Source: Clostridia bacterium (lineage in GTDB: Bacteria > Bacillota > Clostridia > Christensenellales > QALW01). Taken from it: a stretch of DNA of 64,000 nucleotides. This document shows, in pieces, positions 17,436 through 27,404 of this stretch (position 1 is its first letter; each line of letters begins with the position of its first letter). Below the pieces are notes generated by a model. That model worked only from the letters and a program-made list of their open reading frames with translations, ran no database searches and was not told the origin of the DNA. The position numbers and the translations under genes are program-made. The stretch lies in NCBI GenBank assembly GCA_017516345.1, contig JAFXDC010000065.1:481-64480 (forward strand). The letters run 5' to 3'.

Positions 17436-18185
17436 ATGCAGCTTGATATAGATGGCCTGTCGGTGCATGCGGAGCAGATGGGCGAGGGGAGCGACGTTGT
17501 GTTGCTTCACGGCTGGGGCTATGCCTCCGACCTTCTGATGCCCCTTGCAAAAAAACTGTCAGCCAAGCATAGAGTGACCCTTATCGACCTCCCCGGGCAC
17601 GGAGCCACCGATGAGCCCGAGCAAGCGTATTGCATAGAGGATTTTGCCCGTGTGGTTGCAGGCACGCTTGAAGCATTGGGTATAAAAAAGGCACATTTTG
17701 CGGGCCACAGCAACGGCGGAAGGACAATAATCGCGCTTTCCCGCAATCACGCAGATATAATGGATCGAATTGCCTTAATGGATGCATCGGGCATTCGTCC
17801 CAAAAGAGGATTGAGGTATTATTTCAAGGTCTACAGCTATAAATTGGGCAAAAAAATACTTTCCCTGCCTTTTTTTAGCGATGAAGCAAGAAAAAAATAT
17901 ACTCAAGGTAAGGGCTCGGCCGATTATAAGGTGCTCTCAGATGTGATGAAGGCTACCTTTTCAAGGATAGTAAATGAGGATCTTACCCCTCAGCTTGCCA
18001 AAATAAAATCTCCTACAATACTGATTTGGGGAGAAAATGATGCGGATACCCCGCTTTATATGGGTAAAATAATGGAGAAGCAAATACCCGACTCGGCACT
18101 CATCCTCTATGAGGGAAAGGGCCACTATGCATTTGCGGAGGATCTTAACAAGACTGCCGCCGTGCTCGGTTCGTTCTTTAATTAA
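17436..18185 (+). CDS. Alpha/beta-fold hydrolase
   Basis: 249 aa. 'VVLLHGWG' and the nucleophile elbow 'GHSNGG'. Confidence 0.75.
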   Translation: MQLDIDGLSVHAEQMGEGSDVVLLHGWGYASDLLMPLAKKLSAKHRVTLIDLPGHGATDEPEQAYCIEDFARVVAGTLEALGIKKAHFAGHSNGGRTIIALSRNHADIMDRIALMDASGIRPKRGLRYYFKVYSYKLGKKILSLPFFSDEARKKYTQGKGSADYKVLSDVMKATFSRIVNEDLTPQLAKIKSPTILIWGENDADTPLYMGKIMEKQIPDSALILYEGKGHYAFAEDLNKTAAVLGSFFN

Positions 18186-18210
18186 AATTGATGTAAGGTG
18201 AATTAATAAT

Positions 18211-19770
18211 ATGGGTGATTATATAAATATGGTACTAAACGGCATTGCAATGCTGTTGATACTGCTTGCGGCTTTAAGCGCAAGCAAATTTCATTTGCAT
18301 TTTTTACAGCTTGAATCCTACTATCTTGCGGGATATCGCCATTTCATGCTTAAAAAATGGTATTTGTTTGTTATAGCCGCCGTTCCGTCTGCGATAGGTC
18401 TTCTTAACATTGATTTCCTTTCCGGGGGCGTTGGCGTGCTGCAGGCGCTTGCGGTGTACCTCATCGGCAAAAGAGTGCTAGCCCAGACTAACGAGAAAAA
18501 GCCTTTGGTGGTTACCGCCCGCGTAAAAAGACTGATGGCTATTGAGGCGGCGCTGATGCTGGCGGTGGCAGTAAGCCTCGGGATAGCCTTTAAGCTTGAT
18601 AATATCTGCTCGCTTTTCGGCCTGGTAGTTTTGCTTGTTCCCTTTATTGTGGCGCTTGCCGCGCTTATTGCCATGCCCATCGAGTATTCGGTGCGTATGT
18701 ACTATATTAACGATGCGAAAAAAATTCTTGCCTCACGTCCCGATCTTAAAATAATAGGAATTACGGGATCTTACGGAAAAACAAGCACTAAGTTTTTATT
18801 ATCCACAATGCTGAGCGAAAAATATGCCGTGCTTACCCCTCCCTCAAGCTATAACACCACTCTTGGTGTGGTAAGGGTGATACGCGAGCGCCTTCAGCCC
18901 GACGACGAGATATTCATCTGCGAAATGGGCTCCCGTCACGTGGGGGATATCAAGGAGATATGCTCCTTTGTAAAGCCGGATATCGGTATTATAACCTCCA
19001 TCGGACCTCAGCACCTTGAGACATTCGGAAGCATGGAAAACATCCTCAAGGGCAAGTTTGAGCTTATTGAGGCTGTAAAGGAAACCGCATTCTTTCCGCT
19101 TGGGAATGAATATACCGAGCGCATGCTTCAGATGGCTGAGTGCGAAAAATATGCCTTCGGCGTGAATAAAGAGTGCTATATGTACGCGTCAAATCTTACG
19201 GTAAGTCCGGACGGCTCCTGCTTTGCGCTTGTAAACCAAAAGGGGGAGAGTGTCTTCTGCACGACTGCTCTGCTTGGCGAGCATAACGTGCAAAACATCG
19301 TGGGCTGTGCCGCCGTTGCTTACCGTATGGGACTTACCATGGAGCAGATAGCCCGCGGCATCTCCAAGCTTAAGCCGGTAGAGCATCGCCTGCAAATAGT
19401 ATCGCGACGTCCCGTAACCGTGATCGACGATGCCTTCAACTCCAGCCCCAACGGTGCAAAAGCGGCACTCAAGGTGCTCTCGGGCTTTTCGGGCAGACGC
19501 ATCATAGTTACTCCGGGCTTTGTCGAGCTTGGAGATAAGCTTGATGATTATCACCTTGAGTTTGGTAAGCAGATAGCCAAAAGCGCGAATATTGCCATTT
19601 TGGTGGGAAGCCGTACGAGCAAGATAAGGGAAGGCATAGAGTCGGAGGGCTTTGATATGGAAAACGTCAAGACCGTGGATAGCCTCGCAAAAGCCACCGA
19701 GCATATAGGCGCCATCAGCAGGGCAGGAGACGTGGTTCTGTTTGAAAACGATCTTCCCGACAACTATTGA
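18211..19770 (+). CDS. murF: MurF-like Mur ligase with an N-terminal polytopic membrane domain
   Basis: 519 aa. About 5 predicted TM helices fill the first ~165 aa, then 'IIGITGSYGKTSTK', 'EMGSRHVGDI' and 'ITSIGPQHLETFGS', which are MurF-like. The ddl gene lies immediately downstream. Confidence 0.7.
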   Translation: MGDYINMVLNGIAMLLILLAALSASKFHLHFLQLESYYLAGYRHFMLKKWYLFVIAAVPSAIGLLNIDFLSGGVGVLQALAVYLIGKRVLAQTNEKKPLVVTARVKRLMAIEAALMLAVAVSLGIAFKLDNICSLFGLVVLLVPFIVALAALIAMPIEYSVRMYYINDAKKILASRPDLKIIGITGSYGKTSTKFLLSTMLSEKYAVLTPPSSYNTTLGVVRVIRERLQPDDEIFICEMGSRHVGDIKEICSFVKPDIGIITSIGPQHLETFGSMENILKGKFELIEAVKETAFFPLGNEYTERMLQMAECEKYAFGVNKECYMYASNLTVSPDGSCFALVNQKGESVFCTTALLGEHNVQNIVGCAAVAYRMGLTMEQIARGISKLKPVEHRLQIVSRRPVTVIDDAFNSSPNGAKAALKVLSGFSGRRIIVTPGFVELGDKLDDYHLEFGKQIAKSANIAILVGSRTSKIREGIESEGFDMENVKTVDSLAKATEHIGAISRAGDVVLFENDLPDNY

Positions 19771-19878
19771 TCTTAAACGATTGACAATATTGCGGTTTTG
19801 TTATACAGTATTTTTCGCCCGTGATATTGCTTTGATATTGTAAAAATTTATTGATTATTTTAATAAAGAGGTATTTTT

Positions 19879-21081
19879 ATGTTAAAGGTAGCGGTATTTT
19901 TTGGAGGAAAGACCGTAGAGCACGATGTTTCCGTGGTTACGGCTCTTCAGCTCATGGAGAATCTTGATAAAACCAAGTATGACATCATTCCGATATATAT
20001 TACCCGTCAGGGGGATTGGTTCACAGGCAAAAAGCTTATGAGCGTCAAGGGGGTACAGTCCTTTGACCCCGCCGACAGTGAGCTTGAGCGTTGCTATCTC
20101 CCCGCAAACGTGCGCGCTCGCCAGCTTTACCGCTATAATACCAAGGATACTCTGTTTAAAAAGCAGGACAGACTCATTGCTTCAATAGACGTTGCCATTC
20201 CCGCAATGCACGGACTCAACGGCGAGGACGGAACCCTGCAGGGCTTGCTCGAGCTGGCGGGAGTGCCGTATACAAGCTGTGGCGTGCTTGGCAGTGCGGC
20301 GGGTATGGATAAGATACTTATGAAGGCGGCGTTCAAGGGTGCAGGCCTTCCCGTTCTGCCTTATATCTTTTTTGACAGAGGAAGCATTAAGGAAAATATG
20401 CAAAAGCATCTTGACGATGCCGAGGCGACCCTCAGTTATCCCATGTTTGTTAAGCCTGCAAACCTTGGCTCATCCATCGGTATAAGCAAGGCAAACAACC
20501 GCGAGGAGCTTGAAAATGCCATTGTTGTGGCATCTCATTATGACAGACGTATACTTGTCGAGCAGGGAGTTTCAAGCCTTTGCGAGATCAATTGCTCGGC
20601 TCTTGGCTTTGGCGACGACGTTACCCCCAGCGTTTGCGAAATGCCCGTAACCTGGGAGGAGTTCCTTACCTACGATGAAAAATATATGCGCGGCGGCAAA
20701 TCCGCCAAGGGAAGCAAGGGCGCAAGCGGTATGGCATCCCTATCCCGACAGATCCCCGCTCCCATTAGCGAGGATATGACCAAGGTGGTTGAGGATTGCA
20801 CCGTCAAGGCATTCCGCTTACTTGATTGTAAGGGCGTGGTCCGCATCGATTATATCATAGATAAGGCCACCGATACCCTTTATATCAACGAGATCAATAC
20901 CATCCCCGGCTCCTTTGCATATTACCTTTGGGAGCCCAAGGGAATTACCTATCCCGAGCTTCTTGATAAGCTTATCGATTATGCCATCAAGGCTCATAAC
21001 GAGAGCAAAAATAATGAATACGCCTATGATTCCGAGATACTTACTCGTTACGGTCAAGGTCAGGGTGGCGTAAAAAAGTAA
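19879..21081 (+). CDS. ddl: D-alanine--D-alanine ligase (long form)
   Basis: 400 aa. 'KVAVFFGGKTVEHDVS', 'HGLNGEDGTLQGLLE', ATP-grasp 'FVKPANLGSSIGISKA' and 'INEINTIPG'. Confidence 0.9.
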   Translation: MLKVAVFFGGKTVEHDVSVVTALQLMENLDKTKYDIIPIYITRQGDWFTGKKLMSVKGVQSFDPADSELERCYLPANVRARQLYRYNTKDTLFKKQDRLIASIDVAIPAMHGLNGEDGTLQGLLELAGVPYTSCGVLGSAAGMDKILMKAAFKGAGLPVLPYIFFDRGSIKENMQKHLDDAEATLSYPMFVKPANLGSSIGISKANNREELENAIVVASHYDRRILVEQGVSSLCEINCSALGFGDDVTPSVCEMPVTWEEFLTYDEKYMRGGKSAKGSKGASGMASLSRQIPAPISEDMTKVVEDCTVKAFRLLDCKGVVRIDYIIDKATDTLYINEINTIPGSFAYYLWEPKGITYPELLDKLIDYAIKAHNESKNNEYAYDSEILTRYGQGQGGVKK

Positions 21082-21120
21082 TTAAAATACAACGGGGCAG
21101 ACCGCCCGAAAGGAGAACCT

Positions 21121-22041
21121 ATGCCGGTTCGTATAGATGAAAACCTTCCCGCATTTGCGCAGCTTACAAAGGAGAATATCTTCGTTATGTCCTCTCAAAG
21201 AGCGGCAATGCAGGATATCCGCCCGCTTAAAATTGCAATTTTTAATATTATGCCCACCAAGGAGGTAACCGAAACTCAGCTTCTGCGTCTTATAGGTAAT
21301 ACCCCCCTTCAGGTGGATATAACCCTTCTGCATCCCGCATCCTATACCTCAAAGAATACTCCTCCCGAGCATCTTAACAGCTTCTACCGTACCTTTGCCG
21401 ATATCAAGGATACCAAATTTGACGGACTTATCATTACGGGTGCACCGGTGGAGAAAAAGGATTTCGAGGACGTTCTTTATTGGGATGAGCTCAAGCAGCT
21501 TATAAAATGGTCAAGAACCAATGTCTATTCCACAATGTATATCTGTTGGGGTGCACAGGCTGGTCTGTTTTATAATTACGGTATCAACAAGGAAAGAATG
21601 GAAAAGAAGCTTTCGGGAGTGTACGAGCATAAAAAGGCAAATATCACACATAAGCTCATCCGTGGCTTTGACGATACCTTCTACGCACCGCACTCCCGCT
21701 ATACCACGGTAAGGAAAGAGGATATTTTGGCTTGTCCTGAGCTTACCTTGCTTGCCGAGAGCAAGGATGCGGGCGTGTTCCTTATTGAAGGTAAAAACGG
21801 ACGTGAGGTCTACGTTACGGGACATCCCGAGTACGACGTGGACACGCTTGCTCTTGAATACCGCCGCGATCTGGCAAAGGGTATAGACCCCGATATCCCG
21901 GCAAACTATTTTCCCGATGACGACCCGGATCAAAAGCCAAACGTGCGTTGGAAGGGCCATGCAAACCTGTTGTTTTGCAATTGGCTAAACTATTGCGTAT
22001 ATCAGGAGACCCCTTACACCATCGAGGATATCAAAGAATAA
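21121..22041 (+). CDS. metA: Homoserine O-acyltransferase (MetA family)
   Basis: 306 aa. '[11 protein letters not shown]...[13 protein letters not shown]...GLIITGAP...ICWGAQA' are MetA hallmarks. Confidence 0.9.
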   Translation: MPVRIDENLPAFAQLTKENIFVMSSQRAAMQDIRPLKIAIFNIMPTKEVTETQLLRLIGNTPLQVDITLLHPASYTSKNTPPEHLNSFYRTFADIKDTKFDGLIITGAPVEKKDFEDVLYWDELKQLIKWSRTNVYSTMYICWGAQAGLFYNYGINKERMEKKLSGVYEHKKANITHKLIRGFDDTFYAPHSRYTTVRKEDILACPELTLLAESKDAGVFLIEGKNGREVYVTGHPEYDVDTLALEYRRDLAKGIDPDIPANYFPDDDPDQKPNVRWKGHANLLFCNWLNYCVYQETPYTIEDIKE

Positions 22042-22050
22042 TAAAGGTAA

Positions 22051-22075
22051 AAGCACTCGTTCAGAGTGCTTTTTT
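22051..22075 (+). terminator. metA terminator
   Basis: aagcactc gttca gagtgctt followed by a T-run. Confidence 0.75.
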
Positions 22076-22170
22076 ATGTTAAAATACGACGTTATGTATT
22101 TTAAGGTATTGATTTTGCATGGTTAATATGTTATACTACAAAAAATAAATTAAGAAGGGTGTTTATTACC

Positions 22171-24366
22171 ATGAATGCGTCTCTGTTTAAGCATGCAAAA
22201 TGGCTGTGGGAGAAGGAAGTAAGGTGCAACCGTTGGATGATATTCTCCAAGGTGATAGAGCTTGACGAGCTTCCCGATAGCGCTTGGGCCAATATCGCCG
22301 CAGAAAATAAGTATTATCTTTATATAAACGGTGAAATTGCAGTATTTGAGGGCGGTCTTAATCGCGGTGAGAGAAACAAAGGCTATTTTGACAGCGTTGA
22401 TATTGTCAAACACCTCCAAAAAGGCAGAAACGAGATACTTGTTAAGGTGTGGTATTGGGGAAATGAGGGTAGAAATAACGTTTCCTGCGGTAGCGGAGGC
22501 TTTATATTTGCCTGTGACGGGCTTGGACTGTATTCCGACTCATCATGGGGCATGCTGCCCGAGCCCGCGCAAATGGAGGTAAACGAACCGTATCCCACCC
22601 TTAATCCCATGCAATGCACACTTTACGGCGGATATGACATCGGTTATGATGCCCGCAATGCGCTTAGTCATAACGATCTATTCTGCTTGCCGCCTGCTTG
22701 CGAGCTTGGAGGCGCGGGCGACGCTCCGTGGGGAGAGCTTGTGAAGCGCCCAATTCCTCTTTGGAAATTCAGCCGAATTAAAGACTATATCGATATAATT
22801 AAAAGCGGCGAGCGTTACCTCTGCAAGCTGCCGTTTGGCATGCAGATCACCCCCTATATGAAGATAAACGCGCGCGGAGGAGAGAGGGTGGACATAAGGA
22901 CCGATCGCTACAAGATAAGAGGAGGTCCCTTCGGTACTCACGAGCTATATAGCGTGCACAGGTGCGAATATATTGCGCGCAAGGGTGTTCAGGAGTTTGA
23001 GGTGCTTAATTGGAGCTTTGGCGAAAGGGTCATATATACCATTCCCGATAGCGTTGAGGTCATTGAGCTTGGCTATCGACAAAGCGGCTACGATTGCAGT
23101 CCCGTGGAGGGCTTCTCATGCTCGGACGGAGATATGAATCTGCTTGTGAAAAAATGCGTTACAACCATGTACGCGTGCATCAGGGATAATTTTATGGATT
23201 GCCCCGACCGCGAAAGAGGACAGTGGATCGGAGACCTTTCGGTCCAGATGCCCCAAATGTTTTATGCCTTTGATAAAAATAGCCATGCTCTTTGCAAAAA
23301 GGCGGTATACGATATAATTAATTACCGAATAGGCAGCAGAATAATGGGACTTGTGCCGGGTGCACAGCCGATAGAGCTTCCGGGGCAGAATCTGTGCGCT
23401 GTAAGTGATGTTGGTATGGTGGCTGAGTATTATGAGCATACGGGGGATAAAACCGCTCTGAAGGACTTTTTTAAGCCTCTGGAGCAGTATCTCGCGCTAT
23501 GGGATTTCGACTACTTAAGCGGTAAGATAATTACCAGACCTTGCGATTGGTATTGGCTTGATCACGGCGACGAGGTGGACAACGATATCTTACAGAACTG
23601 TTGGTATTATCTTGGACTTAGGTTTCTTAAGCGCATCGCGGGCGTGATAGGCGCTGAATGTCCTGCCCGGCTTGAGGAGAGGATGCGAGCAATAAAGGAT
23701 AATTTTGATAATAATTATCTTCATGACGACGGATATACAAGCGGCGATCTGCTTGATGACCGCGCCAATGCCTTGGCTCTGCTTTGCGGCTTTGTAAAAA
23801 AAGAGAGCATGGATACCGTCTTATCGGTGTTTGACAAGGAATATCGGTGCACTCCCTTTACCGAGTATTATTTGCTGACCGCACTGTTTGAAAGCGGTTA
23901 TCCCGAGCTTGCCATGAAGCGATTGCGCAAGCGCTACAGCGGACTTATCCACAATAAATATTCTACTCTTTGGGAGGATTTCACGGTTACGGGCACATAT
24001 AATCACGCATGGACGGGCGGGCCTCTCGTGCTTCTTAATAAGTACGGATGCGGATTGCGCCCCCTGAAGGCGGGCTATGAGGAGCTTGCCGTATTGCCCC
24101 TTGATATCGGCATCTCCAATCTTGAGACCGAGATAGAGACCGTCAAGGGAAGGATCAGGGTGGAGGTCAACCGCGACGGCTATTTCTTCCAGATAAGCAT
24201 TATGTCGCCCGATATTCCCATAACGGTGGGAGTGCCACTTAAATGGTTTGACGGACGCGAGCCAAGACTGCTTCTTAACGGACGCGAGACCGAATGGGAA
24301 ACGGTGGGGGAGCACTGCACCGTCAAGACCTGCGGAACCTACAACGAGCTTATGGGCAGAAAATAA
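22171..24366 (+). CDS. Alpha-L-rhamnosidase-like (GH78-like) glycoside hydrolase, cytoplasmic
   Basis: ORF 22159-24366, ATG 22171 behind AAGAAGGG. 'AKWLW...NKYYLYINGE' N-terminal domain and 'FMDCPDRERGQWIGD' six-hairpin motif. Confidence 0.65.
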   Translation: MNASLFKHAKWLWEKEVRCNRWMIFSKVIELDELPDSAWANIAAENKYYLYINGEIAVFEGGLNRGERNKGYFDSVDIVKHLQKGRNEILVKVWYWGNEGRNNVSCGSGGFIFACDGLGLYSDSSWGMLPEPAQMEVNEPYPTLNPMQCTLYGGYDIGYDARNALSHNDLFCLPPACELGGAGDAPWGELVKRPIPLWKFSRIKDYIDIIKSGERYLCKLPFGMQITPYMKINARGGERVDIRTDRYKIRGGPFGTHELYSVHRCEYIARKGVQEFEVLNWSFGERVIYTIPDSVEVIELGYRQSGYDCSPVEGFSCSDGDMNLLVKKCVTTMYACIRDNFMDCPDRERGQWIGDLSVQMPQMFYAFDKNSHALCKKAVYDIINYRIGSRIMGLVPGAQPIELPGQNLCAVSDVGMVAEYYEHTGDKTALKDFFKPLEQYLALWDFDYLSGKIITRPCDWYWLDHGDEVDNDILQNCWYYLGLRFLKRIAGVIGAECPARLEERMRAIKDNFDNNYLHDDGYTSGDLLDDRANALALLCGFVKKESMDTVLSVFDKEYRCTPFTEYYLLTALFESGYPELAMKRLRKRYSGLIHNKYSTLWEDFTVTGTYNHAWTGGPLVLLNKYGCGLRPLKAGYEELAVLPLDIGISNLETEIETVKGRIRVEVNRDGYFFQISIMSPDIPITVGVPLKWFDGREPRLLLNGRETEWETVGEHCTVKTCGTYNELMGRK

Positions 24367-24371
24367 AATGA

Positions 24372-24400
24372 AAAGAACCCGATCTTCTCGGGTTCTTTTT
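24372..24400. terminator. Bidirectional terminator between convergent genes
   Basis: aaagaacccga tcttc tcgggttcttt, flanked by A-run and T-run. Confidence 0.8.
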
Positions 24401-24408
24401 ATATTTGC

Positions 24409-27114
24409 TTATTTTACAAGTCTGAACTCCTCTGTTCCGAAGCGCTCAATGCTTGCAGGTACGTTAAAGGTAAGCTCGTAGGTGCCGTCGATGCAGTAGT
24501 AAGCCTGCCAGTAATCGTTTCCGTGTACGCCCTGGTCAAGTGGCTTCCATTCGCCGTTTACCTTCTGCTCGAGCCTCCAGCCCGAATATCCCTTTACGTT
24601 GCTGATGGTAATCGGAACGTACCCGATACCGCCGGTAAGGGTGAATTCAGCAACGACACCGTTTTTAGCGCCGGTGGATTTAATAAGAGGAGTGTTTACT
24701 CTCTGAAGCTCACCAACAGTTGCATTGATGCTTATGTTGTTGCGAAGTGCGTATTCATAAGCAAGCTCCCAGGTATCATATTTTTCTGCGGGCAACTGAT
24801 TAAGATACTCGCCCAAGCCGTAGTAATCCGACTTGTGCGCGGGCAGATTATAATAGTGAACGGTAAATGATACGGTGCTGCCCGCCTTTATGACGTTTCC
24901 TGCCTCCGCGGGGGGATTTATCTCAAACCCTGCACTCTTCCAGTCAAGAACGTGGGTGGTGCGTATAGAGAAGGAAGGTTGAGTATATTCCTTTCCATTG
25001 ATAACTGCTTTGTACTCCTTAATGCTTATTGCCTTGTTACCCTTGCTTTCTCCCTTGGGAGCCCCGAGAAAGGCAAACCATGCGCCCTCACCCGGCACCT
25101 GTACGGGATTACATCCCTTATGACCTACGTAATCCGGATATCCCTCAACCTGAGGGGTGGCAAATTCATCGCTGTAATGCTTGCCGTTATAATCAAAATC
25201 AATTATTCCGGAGTTATTACCTACCGCCATTTTGCTCCAATAGTCGTAGTTGTAGCTGTCCGCACCTATCTGATAAAAATACATTCTATTAAACCTGGTG
25301 TCCTCAAGGAAGGTGTAGGTAAAGGTCTGATATGCCATGGAGATATCGTTTGTTCTGGGAGTGCGGGCTACTGCCTCAAAGGCTATCTTGTTGCCCAGCA
25401 TGCCCTTATAGATCACCTCGGAGAGGTTGGGACCGTGATTCTTATACTGTATGCGCAGGTCGTTTACCTTTAGCTGATAATTGGCGGTGTCGTAAACCCC
25501 CATAAAGTCCGCACCACCGGTGTTCGTGGTCCAGTTATACTTCTTACCGTCTATGCGGGAATAAAGCCCAAATGCGCAAATATCGCCCATTGTGCACCAG
25601 GTATAGCCGCGCCCTACGTCATAGCAGAAGCTTTCGCCGTAAGCGCCAAGACTGCAGCTTTCCCATATCTTCTGTCCGCCCCAGCCTGCAAGGCAAAGCT
25701 GAGAGTGTACTACCGACTCGATGCCGCCCCACTGAGCGTAGGAAACGCAGAAATCATAGGTAACGGTCTGACCTGCGGGCACCTCTATCATGGTGTAGCA
25801 ATGATACCATTGTCCCTCCCAATATCTTCTGGGAGAATCGGAGGGAGTGGAGGTGTCGTAAAAGTGCCAGTTTCTTGTTATCTGAAGCTGATGTCCCGTA
25901 GGCTCGCCCGTTTCGGGGTCAAGAAGCATGGGGGAGGGGCCGGTAACGGCAAGAGGACGGTCCTTGATAAACTGAATCGGAACGCGCACCGTGGTATCGG
26001 TGGGATTGGTGATGCTGAAGCGCACCTTCTCATACGTGTTAAGGTTATCCTCGCTGAATTGACCCTCGGTTTTGGAAAACGCCTTGTTTAGGTCAATGCT
26101 GTACATGCCGTGGTCGGCATCGTAGGTTACCTTCTGGGTTCTTTCATTTGGTGATATCTGGCTTGCGGTAACATTTACCTCATCGCGCTTGCGGAAGGCC
26201 TCGGCATCTGCTTGGCTGGCGTTCTCGGAGGGTATAACGATAAATCCGAAGCCGTTAAACTTATTTCTTGCAAGCTTATTCACCTTGCAGGATACGATGA
26301 TATTGCTATTCTCTCTTGTAAGGGTGGCATCCACGTCCTTGGGGATGACCAAGGAGTAGCCGCTTCCGTCTGCGCTTCTTAACACAGCGGTCTTGGAGTC
26401 AGAGGATACCGTTACGTCCTTGTAGATGGAATCAATGCTGAGGGATATGGAAAGGGTGGCATCGTCAATGCGCATACCGTCGGGGAATACCTCGTAGTTT
26501 ATTGCGAAATACTCGGGAAGCACGGTCACCTCCATTCGACCGTAAACGTCATCGTTATCCTTGGCCTTGAGGTACATTACGTCCATTCGCTGAAGCAAGC
26601 TGCCGGTCTCTAACATGCGCAGACTGACGTCATCCTCGGAGGGGGTAACGTAATTCATTTTAAGGGTTACGTCATCATAAGAGAGGGTATAGCGCATGGT
26701 GAAGCCGGGAAGCTTCTTGATGTCGGAGTTAGCAATGCTCATGCGCTCGTCCCTGCCGGGGGCATCAAGTACACCAAAGCGGGAGATATATCCTGTAACT
26801 GCGTTAAGAGCAAGACCGTAGATGCCTGTGGAGGCATAGATCTCCTTAAGTGTGCCCGTATAGCCTTCGGGCCACCACATCTGGGTGTAATCCCAAGGAT
26901 ACGATTGCTGAACAAGGGTGGAGGTATCACTATCCACCGTGGGACGGGGATCCACCGATGTTGTGGGGGTCACCTCGGGAGTGGGGGTTTCGGTTGCGGG
27001 AGCATCGCTGCTCGTTACCGTAGAACCGGGAGTGGTTCCTGTGGGAGGATTACATCCTGAAAGCAGCAGGATCGCCGCCATTGAAGCTATAAACATAATA
27101 CGTAAGATCTTCAT
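24409..27114 (-). CDS. Large exported lipoprotein of unknown function
   Basis: 901 aa. Signal peptide with lipobox 'LLLSGC', a Thr/Pro-rich linker, then ~830 aa beta-rich and Trp/Tyr-rich with no motif I recognise. Confidence 0.6.
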   Translation of the reverse strand: MKILRIMFIASMAAILLLSGCNPPTGTTPGSTVTSSDAPATETPTPEVTPTTSVDPRPTVDSDTSTLVQQSYPWDYTQMWWPEGYTGTLKEIYASTGIYGLALNAVTGYISRFGVLDAPGRDERMSIANSDIKKLPGFTMRYTLSYDDVTLKMNYVTPSEDDVSLRMLETGSLLQRMDVMYLKAKDNDDVYGRMEVTVLPEYFAINYEVFPDGMRIDDATLSISLSIDSIYKDVTVSSDSKTAVLRSADGSGYSLVIPKDVDATLTRENSNIIVSCKVNKLARNKFNGFGFIVIPSENASQADAEAFRKRDEVNVTASQISPNERTQKVTYDADHGMYSIDLNKAFSKTEGQFSEDNLNTYEKVRFSITNPTDTTVRVPIQFIKDRPLAVTGPSPMLLDPETGEPTGHQLQITRNWHFYDTSTPSDSPRRYWEGQWYHCYTMIEVPAGQTVTYDFCVSYAQWGGIESVVHSQLCLAGWGGQKIWESCSLGAYGESFCYDVGRGYTWCTMGDICAFGLYSRIDGKKYNWTTNTGGADFMGVYDTANYQLKVNDLRIQYKNHGPNLSEVIYKGMLGNKIAFEAVARTPRTNDISMAYQTFTYTFLEDTRFNRMYFYQIGADSYNYDYWSKMAVGNNSGIIDFDYNGKHYSDEFATPQVEGYPDYVGHKGCNPVQVPGEGAWFAFLGAPKGESKGNKAISIKEYKAVINGKEYTQPSFSIRTTHVLDWKSAGFEINPPAEAGNVIKAGSTVSFTVHYYNLPAHKSDYYGLGEYLNQLPAEKYDTWELAYEYALRNNISINATVGELQRVNTPLIKSTGAKNGVVAEFTLTGGIGYVPITISNVKGYSGWRLEQKVNGEWKPLDQGVHGNDYWQAYYCIDGTYELTFNVPASIERFGTEEFRLVK

Positions 27115-27404
27115 GTGTGTGCCTTTCTGAATTATTTGTTTTTACTATTATAATTATAACAGAAAATATTATTTCATTAAATGCATTTTATTAACTTAAA
27201 ATAGCACGATAATAACATTATAACGGCAAAAATGACGATTTGCAACTAACAATGCCGTTTTGTTAGTATTGTGCTTGTGATTTGCTTGCTTTAAACACCT
27301 CAATTTGAGGTTTTAATTAAAAATCGGTTGCGATTTATTGAACATTGTAATAAAATAATATCGTTACTGGTTTTTTAGCATCATAATTATAAAGGACGAT
27401 AAAA

